A stretch of 64,000 nucleotides of DNA from Antedon mediterranea (Eukaryota > Animalia > Echinodermata), in contig NC_092670.1 of assembly GCF_964355755.1 (NCBI RefSeq), forward strand, positions 10,096,201-10,160,200, read 5' to 3'. Position 1 is the stretch's first letter; every line of letters begins with the position of its first letter. Below the pieces are notes generated by a model that made no database searches, had not been told where the DNA came from, and worked only from the letters and a program-made list of their open reading frames with translations. A program made the position numbers and the translations under genes. This document shows, in pieces, positions 27,201 through 36,492 of the stretch.

Positions 27201-28319
27201 GGTGAATGATGAAAGGTTATATCAACTCGGCGTTGCCTCGTTGATATAACCTTTCATCATTCACCTCGTGCCATTATTTGTACCATTACACTCATAAACA
27301 TTCATTATTTGTATAATATTTTATGGTGATGCTATTATATGACATCAAATGTAAACATTAAAGTAGTATTGTTCTTTATCGAATTACCGCTTTCAATCTT
27401 TATTACATTATATAGTATTATATGGTGACGCTATTAAATAACATGAATTTAAACATATTGTAACGTTTTTCCTCCGCCTGTCTCTACTGTGTACTACGTA
27501 CATTTCTCGGGTCCCTTTCTAGCCTGGTAGCAATCTCATTCGTTAGGCCTAGAGCCTGGCTAGCCTAGTTATTCATTATAGAATTAAAAGGTGATATACT
27601 CGGCTTATTGGAAGGAGTATGCTCTTTCTAATAAACGGACCACCGGAAGAGTCCCACACCCTAGTTTATTTTATGGACAGATAGGAAGTTTAATCTCGCT
27701 TGGCTAGCCTATCAGGTTCCCAGGTTCTCTCATTCCGTCTAGGTCTAACACTCACTAAGTAATTATTGCTAGATAAATAAGGACTATGTGATTATGACAG
27801 GTAGCGTTAGGTTCGACGACAGTGATATTCCGTCGGCTTCACATACAATGTAAATAGATAGATAAATGAGGAAAGTTAGTAGATTATATTCTCATGAGCC
27901 TTTATGACTCTTTTATTTATAAACTTGCCAACTACAGTATTGATTAACAAAGATACAAGAACAACGGGATGGATGGTCTCGCTCACTCAAAATCAAAACG
28001 AAGAGTGGTAGAGGTTTCTGGCTTTATTTGGCTTGCTACATTATAACAATAGGTAGAAAATAAATGATTTGGGCTGTACCAATTTCCGTTACATTATAAA
28101 GGAGTATTGTCCTATACCGAATTACTCTTACAATCTCTTATAGAGGACTGTTTATACAATACAGAACAACAGTTATTTAAACATCTACGACGATTCTGCA
28201 GAACACCAAATATTGTACGTAACTATGACAGAAGTACACTGAATGAAATCACTACAAAATGTGGCTGGACATCTCTCAAGCAACAATATCTAACACTGCT
28301 TTCAAGTCAAGAATCATAA
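60..28319 (+). CDS. GTDC1: Glycosyltransferase-like domain-containing protein 1 / tRNA-queuosine mannosyltransferase (QTMAN), 7 coding exons; 1-nt frameshift in exon 2
   Basis: join(60..244,2378..2544,3167..3532,4683..4792,6971..7115,22493..22563,28144..28319). All introns are GT-AG with compatible phases once one missing nt at ~2526 is restored. The motifs [61 protein letters not shown] and LVYPEIFP match GTDC1 as I recall it. Confidence 0.93.
1046..2353 (+). mobile_element. 5'-truncated, frameshifted CR1/L2-group LINE (RT and C-terminal region)
   Basis: [21 protein letters not shown], degenerate YADD region with a frameshift near 1358, [19 protein letters not shown]; A-rich end at ~2340-2350. 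Confidence 0.88.
2378..2544 (+). CDS. GTDC1: GTDC1 coding exon 2 (one nucleotide missing at ~2526)
   Basis: Acceptor cttag|A; [20 protein letters not shown]...[10 protein letters not shown]...RDFQYG, then NQIIT in the shifted frame; donor TG|gtactg. Confidence 0.88.
3167..3532 (+). CDS. GTDC1: GTDC1 coding exon 3
   Basis: ttttag|T TTA ACT; [18 protein letters not shown]...[10 protein letters not shown]; donor TG|gtacag. Confidence 0.9.
3593..4603. repeat. ~1 kb intronic minisatellite, 18-bp unit ACTTATT(T/G)ACACTGCT(A/G)T
   Basis: About 55 tandem copies read directly; they explain the spurious YTAILI/TLLYLF ORFs. Confidence 0.97.
4683..4792 (+). CDS. GTDC1: GTDC1 coding exon 4
   Basis: ttgtag|G GAA CAC GAC AAG AAT CCT ([14 protein letters not shown]...[10 protein letters not shown]); donor G|gtaatt. 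Confidence 0.92.
4846..6609. mobile_element. Non-autonomous TIR DNA transposon with TTAA TSD (Kolobok-like)
   Basis: TTAA|AGGGGGATTCTGGGTTTAAAA ... TTTTAAACCCGGAACCCCTCT|TTAA; an uninterrupted copy of the flanks with a single TTAA lies at ~6705-6835. Confidence 0.85.
6971..7115 (+). CDS. GTDC1: GTDC1 coding exon 5
   Basis: atatag|AT ATT TTC; [33 protein letters not shown]; donor AT|gtgagt. Confidence 0.92.
7561..10011. mobile_element. Non-autonomous PIF/Harbinger-like element
   Basis: ~30-bp TIRs GGCGTCATCTAAAAATTATTTCAGACCACA / TGTGGTCTGAAATAATTTGTAGATGACGCC; TTA TSD on both sides. Confidence 0.85.
8371..9199. mobile_element. Harbinger-like element nested in the 7561..10011 element, with a Myb/SANT remnant
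   Basis: TIR AGCCCCTTTCTCACAG / CTGTGAGAAAGGGGCT; TTA TSD; minus-strand [15 protein letters not shown] resembles the start of a trihelix Myb domain. Confidence 0.85.
10256..11081 (+). mobile_element. Harbinger-like deletion derivative with a Myb/SANT (trihelix) ORF remnant at 10611..10871
   Basis: TIR GGCCCTGTTTCTGCT / AGCAGAAACAGGCCC; TTA TSD; subterminal ATACCGTAT repeats; [30 protein letters not shown]...CPHYD. Confidence 0.85.
11310..11645. mobile_element. MITE with TTAA TSD (Kolobok-like)
   Basis: TTAA|AGATGTATTGTCCCCC ... GGGGGACAATACATCT|TTAA; absent from the paralogous flank near 58980. Confidence 0.85.
13139..20688 (-). CDS. FReD-1: secreted PAN/Apple plus fibrinogen C-terminal (FBG) domain protein (ficolin/tachylectin-5/MFAP4-like), nested antisense in GTDC1 intron 5
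   Basis: complement(join(13139..13386,16016..16277,17298..17437,[possible micro-exon 17696..17720],20398..20688)). Signal-peptide-like [20 protein letters not shown]; PAN motif [16 protein letters not shown]...CQIS; FBG motifs [45 protein letters not shown]. Confidence 0.85.
14345..14442 (-). mobile_element. Short DINE-1/HINE-like (Helentron-associated) element
   Basis: Termini AACAAGGCC...GAGTCGCG..TGACTAAAA shared with the 30916..31672 element; short (ACCG)n remnant. Confidence 0.5.
14896..15807 (+). mobile_element. Non-autonomous Helitron
   Basis: A|TCTATATATAAATTTACG ... GAGCGTACCATCTAG|T with no TSD; the first ~470 bp are highly similar to the copies at 46063 and 47545. Confidence 0.85.
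21545..22171 (-). mobile_element. Possible non-autonomous Helitron
   Basis: Minus strand reads A|TCATCATATTATAATAGCAC ... CACAGTCCACTAG|T; no clear 3' hairpin. Confidence 0.35.
22493..22563 (+). CDS. GTDC1: GTDC1 coding exon 6
   Basis: ttttag|G CTT GAA GCT; [23 protein letters not shown]; donor A|gtaagt. Confidence 0.92.
23249..26675 (-). mobile_element. CR1/L2-group non-LTR retrotransposon, apparently young
   Basis: Uninterrupted EN-RT ORF, short 3' UTR, (TAAA)n tail at 23249-23266. Confidence 0.92.
23349..26663 (-). CDS. LINE polyprotein: Cys-rich leader, 2A-like motif, APE endonuclease, reverse transcriptase (1104 aa)
   Basis: YQNIRSL, FTETWL, GGGV, YRPP, IGDLN, LDLIL, SDH (APE); [29 protein letters not shown] (RT); GDIEQNPGP at aa 145-153. 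Confidence 0.95.
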   Translation of the reverse strand: MMAAQRSFTAICLFLCFASTIGVIKPCLSNLSRTCNPQFSFQCNTSIQICYTLDANLDHLLGSTSALCCECSHGVECTVALDRLRQWAQFSTLFTRPRWSILAFAYLTKPKGKRKHAIKYSGARVPYYSSYYCSSSFQPELSLCGDIEQNPGPAEENKDRARDNTNTSNNSNNPTFYYQNIRSLKNKMDTYHSELNVHLINNTFDFVAFTETWLNSTVLDSELYCDGFTIHRRDRNDGRRGGGVLFLASNQYKSRRLEHLEKPNIEILWVEIKLSKTKRVLVAVIYRPPNSGRDVMLQLAQSVEDASAMYSRHHIVLIGDLNLSEITWTNDGYGTAPANSLGELFIDCFINGHNLFQCNVNPTCNNNVLDLILCNNSIDLISDISAGQNIFESDHSSISFVLKISIQKHFSRDSRQLYCFKAVNNDDLLNAFNVIPFDLIHMCNDINDSVSLFYDLVDAALRDLVPIVRPKRKMPPWFDNEVRVALKNKEKCFRISKRLNTHESKHAFSVARKEFKVLMKLKYKSYMQSLSGNLKANPKRFWSWIKTKTKSSSYPSVMSHGHKVAETTNDKAALFNSYFHSVFRSGPSVTDEHQRLPEASVGILNAPIIQSEIVNSLLSSIQTHKASGCDNLSNHVLKVCSRPLSIPISFLFNKSLQTGKFPSVWKRSNIVPIHKGGTKKLISNYRPISLLPTISKLFEKIVFNHISTHVSPAIASCQHGFVTGRSCETNLATLLTTVYEAIDDRKQCDIIYTDFSKAFDLVPHNLLLLKLQRFGFHNDFISWFRSYLNGRFQRVVIEGISSEWLPIQSGVPQGSILGPLLFNLFVNDIPKLFTHSRCLMFADDVKLYRIIGSVEDADRLQVDLDKLCYWAALWGMSLNPVKCNILTITLKKNILFYNYLINDNPINRVQSQKDLGVFIDSSLCFSFHIDYLVGKCNRLLGLMWRNCKHFDRQTKIHLYYSIIHPILNFCSVIFNSISETQSTRIQRLHNRFLRYISHNQNPDFHFHVRSSESRRTFFDLVFLYKCINSLFDCNLVSNFYLRVPSRRLRRNTTFHIPFSRVNVLKNGFISRLSQTYNSFTLRNPELDIFSNNFRKFRNIVSSLV
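28144..28319 (+). CDS. GTDC1: GTDC1 terminal coding exon 7
   Basis: cttatag|AG GAC TGT; [21 protein letters not shown]...WTSLKQQY resembles the vertebrate C-terminus (EYLYST..QL.K.L..FC.RP); TAA at 28317-28319. Confidence 0.85.
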
Positions 28320-30149
28320 TGGTGTATCACAATTTTCAAGATGCATAATTGCCGTGAATGGTAAATTATTAACTTATATACTACTTTTCAATTGGTATGC
28401 ACTTTTATTATCCTAGCAATTATACCTGTCTCAGTACAATTCCAACTAATTTGATATGTCTCATAACCCGGAGGCCAGTATCTCCCTGTATTCACCAACC
28501 TCCAACCCTCTTCAATCACATCCCTCACTTAGGGTTAAACAAAATAATAAATCCTTCCCAGTACAATTTTTAATTTGGGAAAAAAACAACTTAAGCTTCA
28601 TAATGAGAGGCCAAGAGGATGATGCACAACTATGATAGGCCTATGGTTTAGATACTTTGCAAACTGTGTAAATGAATAGGTGTCGTATTGGCTAATGATT
28701 AAAATATCAATACAGCTACATATGATACAGCTGAAATACCTCTGCCCAAGGCTTCTTTCTCCTCTCCCTATCCCAGCCACAATCAACAAACCCTAACTCC
28801 TAGAACAGTTCAATCCCAATCATGTTGTGCTTCATTAGCCCCAAAACGCCAGTATCTCCGCCCCACTAGGTTTGAGACGTTTCTAGTATAAATTATATTG
28901 AGCCATACAGTATATCACTCCCAACCCATAACCCCTCAGTGGCAGTTTTTTAAAAATATAGTTTAAAACATTTCCAGTAGAGTTTCAGCCATGTTGATAG
29001 GCCTACGACCCACCCCAAACTCCCAACTTCTTTCCAGAAATACTTAAAATTCAATTCAAATTGATAGCCTACTACCCTTAGCCCAAGCAAAAATCCCCAC
29101 CATTCCTTTTACCGCAACTCCCCCCTCCCCCTTCTGACTTTGGGAATTTTTTAAATGTAGTTTAAAACCTTCACAGTATAATTGCAGTCATTTTGATACC
29201 CATATGTATGGTTACGTGCAGAAACAGAAATTTGTATAACGAACAGAAAAACACAATAGTGGAAAAAAGGTTGGGAATTTTGACCCATAACTTGTATTCA
29301 AGATGGCGGATGATGTTCAAATATAGTTTAGAACCTTTCCTGTACCATTATGGTCATTTTGATACCCCATATGTGTACAGTAACAAAACAAAGTACAAGC
29401 AGATTCATAAGTTAAATTCATACAAAAAGAATTGATCAAAGTTTTGTTTTTTTGCTGAAAGTGATTTTTTGACGTTAATAAATTCAAAGTTGAATTTTGT
29501 AGTAGTTTATTTGCTTTTTAATGTTTAATACTTTCACTTTACCTTGGAAAATACATTAGCATTCATCTTGTGTTTCTTTATGTCACTAATTTCCTTGATC
29601 ATAACCAATATAATAAGATATATAATATACATTCATTGTAAGTTTTTATTTAATTTTTAATCATTTCAAAATAAGATTCAATTTAAAAACTTCAGCAAAT
29701 ATCCATTGAAAATACTCCTAAAATTAGATTAAAAATTACTAATTATTATTAATTAAAATATAGGAAATACTGATTTATGATTAGATATCAATTTGATTTT
29801 ATTAATTAAAAACAATAATAATAATGTTACTATTGTATTAGCATAGTTTTAAATAATACAATTAATATTGTTTTTACAGAATGACTTATTATGATTATTT
29901 GGTATAATATTTAAAAATGATTAATAATAAAACATTAATTGTTACTATTATATAATTTAAAATACAAAATGAAAAATTCCATTTAATAAATTTTAAACAA
30001 ATCACAGTTGATATGCCAATATATTTGATTAATATGTTATAACATTTGGATTATTATAATAAAATAATTATTCAATGATAAAGCAAAATGATAATTTAAA
30101 AGAAACAAAGAAGAATCTAAATTATTAAATAATTACAGATTCTGATTTC

Positions 30150-30395
30150 AACCATCATCACTGTTGTCTTAAAAGATCAAAATAGTGATCTCAGTTGATG
30201 CCATTGTAATGAGCTGTACCTGGTGTCAGACAAGCCCATTCAGGTATGAATCATGAACATTCTCTTATGGGGCTCTTTTAACCATCATCACTGTTGTCTT
30301 AAAAGATCAAAATAGCGATCCCAGTTGATGCCATTGTAATCAGCTGTACCTGGTGTAAGACAAAGCCCATTCAGGTCTGAATCATGAACATTCTC
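30150..30395 (-). repeat. Two tandem ~131-bp degenerate copies of the FBG last-exon 3' end, just downstream of the FReD-2 stop
   Basis: Minus-strand translation LNGLCLTPGTADYNGINW, frameshift, then [11 protein letters not shown]; a single related copy lies at 59707..59829. Confidence 0.9.
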
Positions 30396-33300
30396 TTATG
30401 GGGCTCTTTTAACCATCATCACTGTCTTCTTGAGACTGTGGTACCTTCTATGGAAATTCCACCAGCTGGTGCCTGTCAAACCCTCTGTACCTGGTGTAAG
30501 GTAAAGCCCATTCAGGTTTGAATGATGACAGTTATTGTACCACCAAGCACCTTTGTTATACTCAGCACAGTTAGTACCGATCCCGCTACCGCTTCTCTTA
30601 TCATTGTCTCTATCATACGTTGAAAATTGTTGACCATTGTGGCGTGATGTCAAAGAATCACCTAAACAAACAAAATTTTAAATTAATTTTTAAATATTTG
30701 TTTTTCTTTCTGTTACAAATAAAATAAAAGATATTTGATATAAAAGGGAAAATAAAACACAAATTTATAAATAGTTTTAATTTGTTTTTAATTTTTTGTT
30801 ATTAACTATTCTTATATATCATATATTCTTTATTTTATTTTTGTTTTGTCAGAGTTATTATACTTCAAAAGCAATGCATTTTAATAATGAAGAAAGCCAA
30901 AGTTATATGATAAGTAACAAGGCCAACAGCCATTAAGTCGCGTGCTACAATGCATAGTGATACCGGACAGACAGACCGACAGACAGACCGACAGACAGAC
31001 AGACCGACCGACCGACATAGTGAACTATACTGACCGAAATTACTGAACAACATTAAAAATGTTGAAATGTTTAAAAACATTTATATTTTTTTAATTTACA
31101 CGTGCGTAGCCTGTCACTTTCGACGTGCTCGTATAACGTAATTTCGAGTTGAAAAGTAAGTCAAGAAAACAGAAATCGGGCAAAAAGAATGCGCAATAAC
31201 ATTTAACGCGCAGTGCGCGCGCAAAAATATGCGCACTCATGGCAATTTTGTAAACGCTTAAAATTGCCTGAAATGTACTCTTATTTCATCGAAAATAAAT
31301 TTTGAAAATTTTAAGCGCGCGTACGCATGCGTTACATGCGCTACGCACGTAATTGTATTGCCATATGATGATTTATGCCCTGAAATTTATGAGTACCAAA
31401 TTTTATTTAATTGTGATTCATGGTTGTTAAGATATGATTACAAACGTGATTTCGTTAAATCGTGCGTAGATCGCGTAATTTTTATTGCGCACCGTGAAAA
31501 CATAACCACATCGATTCCTGGCCATAAGGAATATTCTGTGAAAAATTGACTTAGCTAGATTAAACTGATATCAAGATAAGGTCAGAAAGCGATAAAACGC
31601 ATAGTGATACCGGACCGACAGACAGACCAACCGACCGACATAACTATAGAGTCGCTTCCACGCGACTAAAAAGTGAGATTAATAAAGTACTACTCTTCCC
31701 TTATTCGTTGTAGTATTGAGCTGGGATTTGGCATGAATATACAAAGCCATAGAGCCGGATTTTGAATATCATTGGCTCCTTGTTTAGGGACCACTGACTA
31801 ATCCTATTGAATTAGAACAGGTAATGAATGCGTTCAACGTTGCAACATTTAGTAAGGAATTTAATCGTTATTTTTATCCATAGGTTTTTTTTTAAATAAC
31901 AAAAAATATAATATAATGTACCACACAGTTATATATTTTCGACTAGTTAGCCGTTATTGAAGAGATAATAGTGAGTTTTGACAAAAAGTCTTGCCGCGTT
32001 GATCGGTGGGCTAGGCCAGGCCGAGCTAATCGTAGTCGCTAATTTATTGTTGATTTTCTCAAAATGAAGATTTTCTGAGCTATAAATAGTGACTCGTATG
32101 TTTTCATTAATGTGTTATTTTTTTTTTTTACTATTTATACAAATTTATATATTATTTTTATCAATTATTGCAAAATCTTACTTTTCAGCCTTTTGGCTGC
32201 CGTTGTATTATTGATTTCTTTTTTATGAATAAATATACATGAAGTGATTTAATAAACCAATTTTAATAAACAACGCCTCATTTTAAAGCTTATTAAACAT
32301 AGTTTATAAATATAAAACATCTTAAAATGTGTTTACACTACGCCGATTTTGTGATGCCATGCCTCAATTCTGTAGTTACTGGTAGTAATTATATTTTGTT
32401 CACTCTACGAACCTGTTTGTGCAATTTTTTAGAATGCTTGTTTGGATATTAATCATACACATACTGTTGCAGCACTGACTGTCTCATAAATGCCTACTAC
32501 ATTAAAACAAACTAAAATCAGTAAATGTAGTAACTGCAGTAAATGCAGTTTAATAATTTTAACATGATCAATTGATAAGATAAGTTGTTGTACTGTGAGT
32601 GCATTTGCACATTTAAATATAGTTAGATTCGTTTCAGGCCTGTAAGAAGGAATTGCGAAGTGGGAGGGCCATACAAAAAATGTACTTCATAGACAGTTTA
32701 CAGAGTACTTTGCATTCAAGGTGATCACCTTTGGGCTTTACATTATATTTTAGACGCGACATCAATTGATAATCAAAAATTATCGAATGATTATTATTTG
32801 TTGTTTAAACTTTTAAATGTTGTGGTCTAGGCCTAATTATGACATAACTAGTGAAATTATGGGGCTATTTCACAAAGGCGTAGAATTATATTTTCATGAG
32901 GTTCACGTCAATATCATTATTAGAATTGTTTTGTTCTACTTTTCAGATGTTTAGAAGCTTTTCTTTTAATGTTTGTCTAATTTCTTTAAGCTAAATTTGA
33001 TGGAAAGACAGCCTCAAATTATGCTAGAACGCTGCTGTGTCTTGTGACTTTAGCCCTGACTTTAGACCCTGACGCCACCGCTGCTTAGGTACAGTACATG
33101 TCTCAAGTTCTTTCCCAGTAGTCAATTTCCTTATCATTTAGCTGTGTTTAATCAGTCATAATTCTAACATTATTTTTATTATCCTTTAAATGTGATAAAT
33201 GCAAATCAAACCCTATATGTGTCCATAGATTATTTTCACTGCAAAGTACTAAGTGTGTATAAGGCCTTAAAAAAGGTTAATTCTTAGTATACTTAATGTG

Positions 33301-34371
33301 TTTTTAAATGTAAATATAGATTGAATATACTAACCTGCAGTTCCATTGTATCCACTGATTTTCAAAGTATAGTTAGAGTCCTCAGTACCAACACGAAAGT
33401 GAGAATATTTTGCGATCTTCATTTCATCCAAGTGGTCAGTCATCTCTATTAGAAGCTCAAAACTGCCATCAAATGTTATACGGTTGATCTGTTCATTACC
33501 AAGCCAGAACTCTGAGTTCACATTTCCAAAACCCTCTTTGTATTCTGCCCAACTACGGTAGAAATCGACCAATCCATCTTCTCTTCTTTGTAATACCTGG
33601 TAATGACCATAGATAGTACTTAATGAATAAGATAGTATTGTACTTCACTTAATAAGATGTAGAGGTATAAACGGCAGGTTAGTGATCTGGTCGGTTGTAG
33701 GTTCGAGTCCAACCCAAGAATTACTTGTCAAAGTATTCTCAATGTAAAAGTAAAGTACAAATTATGTCATAGTAGGGCAAAACATCTGACCAATTACTTA
33801 ACACCCTGACGCAAGGCTCCACAGTAGTTACAAACAATTTTTAAATTAAAAAATAAGATATGATCATGATGCATGACAAATTTGTAATTATGCATGTGTT
33901 TGTGCACAATGCATGTTTCTAAGATCACTTTGAAATGCAGGACCATCGCGCACAATGCGAGAAGGTTGTTTACGATGGAATAAATGAATAAAGATAAAAC
34001 AATAATGACAAAACGTGAAATGATGAAAATACGAAAAAAGTATCTTATTGTAAGAACTTGACCAATAATAAACAAGATGTATTTAGTTTATTGTAATTTA
34101 AAATTTGATATACTTATTTTGTTTACAGTTAGGTGTTAGCTCGTAGTGTTTAACTGCGAATAGTAAGCTGCAGCCTCTGTATTACATTACTGTACCCTCT
34201 CTAATAATATCTAAATTATTGTTTTTATACTTACCGTCCAACTGCCATCATCCTTCATGTCACAGTAGACAGTAATCTCTCGTCCTCCATCTCCTGGCTG
34301 TATCACATATTGACCACTCACAGCAGAAGGATCATTTCGTAAAATGTCACCACAGTCCCTCATACAACACT
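30396..34371 (-). CDS. FReD-2: fibrinogen C-terminal domain protein; three intact FBG exons, 5' exon not located
   Basis: complement(join(30396..30661,33335..33596,34235..34371)); same intron positions and phases as FReD-1; no stops in these exons. Confidence 0.85.
30916..31672 (-). mobile_element. DINE-1/HINE-like element with (GACA/GACC)n microsatellites
   Basis: Terminal hairpin AGTCGC-TTCCAC-GCGACT followed by an A-run; tetranucleotide microsatellites; AACAAGGCC at the other end; internal part similar to ~45600-45860. Confidence 0.6.
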
Positions 34372-34391
34372 CTAACATTACAATTTGTAAA

Positions 34392-35264
34392 GATTTCGAT
34401 CCAAGTCGGCCCTAAACCGTCTCGGCCAAAGTCAAGTCGGCCCCAAGTCAAGTTGGCCCCAAGTCAACTCGCCCCAGGTCAACTCGGCCTCAAGTCAACT
34501 CGGCCTCAAGTCAACTCGGCCTCACATCAACTCGGCCAAAAAATAATCGGTCAACTCGGCCCCGTTAAAGTATGGAACGCAAAAAGTGCAAAGGAAGGGG
34601 ATTGATATTTCTTCACATTTTCGTGCGTCAAAATTCAATAAACATGTCCGATATGCGAGGACATTTATTAGGTGTAATAAGATTGCTTGGTTGAATCATT
34701 GAGGTATAAAATAATGGTAACTCCATGGTTGAATCACGCGTAGATATTTTCAGTGTATGCATTTGATTAGGCGACAACATCTGAAACCAATTCGTAGCCT
34801 CCCTCTGCGCCTTTGGCAGCTATTTCAATATCTAAAACTGCTACGTGTTTTCGCTGACCGGGGGATTCACCTTTTTTAAAAATGCAAATCATGAAAAAAA
34901 AACGATATGTACGATCATTTTTTCTATGGCCAAATGGTGGAACGTAGACCTACGTCTTCGATTTACTAAAATGCGGTACCTGCTCGTGTTTTTGTAACAC
35001 GCGGGTACTTCTATTCATATCGGCAATGAGATCATTTTTTTATATGAGTATTTTTTTTATTTCTTCATTTTTTTTAAAGCGTGGATAGTAATTAATAATC
35101 ATAATAATATTAAGCACTTTTTGCGTTCCATACTTTATTGTGACCGAGTTGACCGATTAGTTTTTGGCCGAGTTGACGTGAGGCCGAGTTGCCTTGAGGC
35201 CGACTTGACGTGGGGCCGACTTGACTTAGGCCGAGACAGTTTGGGGCCGATTTGACCTGCACCC
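34392..35264. mobile_element. Foldback/MULE-like MITE with tandem ~15-bp subterminal repeats (AAGTCAACTCGGCC)
   Basis: Inverted arrays at both ends (~200 bp); TSD TTTGTAAA at 34384-34391 and 35265-35272. Confidence 0.85.
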
Positions 35265-36492
35265 TTTGTAAATGATAAAAAAAATATCATAAAGTATGAA
35301 AACATTCGGTTAATAGAAGACCTGCTTTATTATATAGATTGTAACGATAAAAAAAAAAGTATGAAAACAATAGAAAGTTACAACATTGCATCCCACAACC
35401 TTACTATTTTGATTTTAAAATGTGGGAGGTCTAAAATTGGGTGAAGCTTTGAAAAATTGGCTTTTATTTTATTATTATTATTTATTAAAATAAAATACAA
35501 GATTGTGACATTCTCTTTTGAGATATTGTCCGTCATTCCTGAACTCTCCTACACCTGGCATCACTGTACACAAACAAAGTGTGAAGACGCGATCATGGTA
35601 AAACAGCCTTTTAAACGTATTGTAATTCCTCCTTTTTCGTTGTATTTTACTTTGAAATCATCTTTTATACATGTGTTGAATATGAAGACTTGCTTTGCGA
35701 AGAAACTCTAATCTCTGTTTAAATGTGCATTACCCACGGGCATCAAAGCACAAATAGAGCCAACGTTAGGCTACAGAATTTGCATATACAGCTACAGCAA
35801 TGGCCGGGTCTAGCATTTTTTAGATTCTCACGCAGCAGAAAAACAACGAACAGGAATACATTAAGAAGTTTGTGAGTAACCTGCTTGACATATACCAGTA
35901 TGACAAAACAGAAATACTGGTGTTTATTTTTCTAGTCCAAGTAGTGGCAGAATTCCAGACCACCTGATTCGACTACGAGAGACGTAGTACAATGAGATCT
36001 TGTGCTATGTTTTCCTGAATATGAAGGAAGGAGCTTTACATAAGAAGGAAGTTAGCCCTTCTCGCAGAGGACATACCATCGGTTGTTCAATTATCAACAA
36101 GATTCCCGACTCCCGACTTAATAACGTTTTTAAACCCAGCGCATGTATGTTGAACGACTCGGCTGCAAACTGATGTACAATTGGCAAACAACAATACCGA
36201 GGACTTAATCGAGGGTTTGCGCTGTGTTAAAGAACCAAGTTTAACTCTTAACCAGAGCGATCTTAGAATAAAGACCAATGAGTGTCTACCTTCATTAGTT
36301 GCTATCGACAACATTCAATCCATTTTTCAAGCTGATACGTCTAATAACTTCATCAGCCCAAAAAGTCCATCAGTCATTATGGATTTAACAACTGAAACTT
36401 CCATTATGTCTACACCCGCAGAACTTTCTCCTAAATTGTTGTCTGGTGAGTTTGGCAACCAGGCAACAGACGATTTGATATCCCAAGCAATA

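Larger units (their letters stand above)
22966..27312. mobile_element. Non-autonomous element with asymmetric inverted repeats and a long 3' hairpin (Crypton- or Helentron-like), interrupted by the LINE
   Basis: TTTTATATAACACCTAAATAAATTC (~22966) is inverted at ~27127-27151, followed by a ~75-bp-arm palindrome at 27151..27312; a partial copy lies at 54640-54940. Confidence 0.6.

Noticed and set aside
33660-33718. tRNA gene (GGTTCGAGTCC B-box)
   Set aside because: Only the T-arm motif is present; no cloverleaf or acceptor stem. At most a SINE relic.
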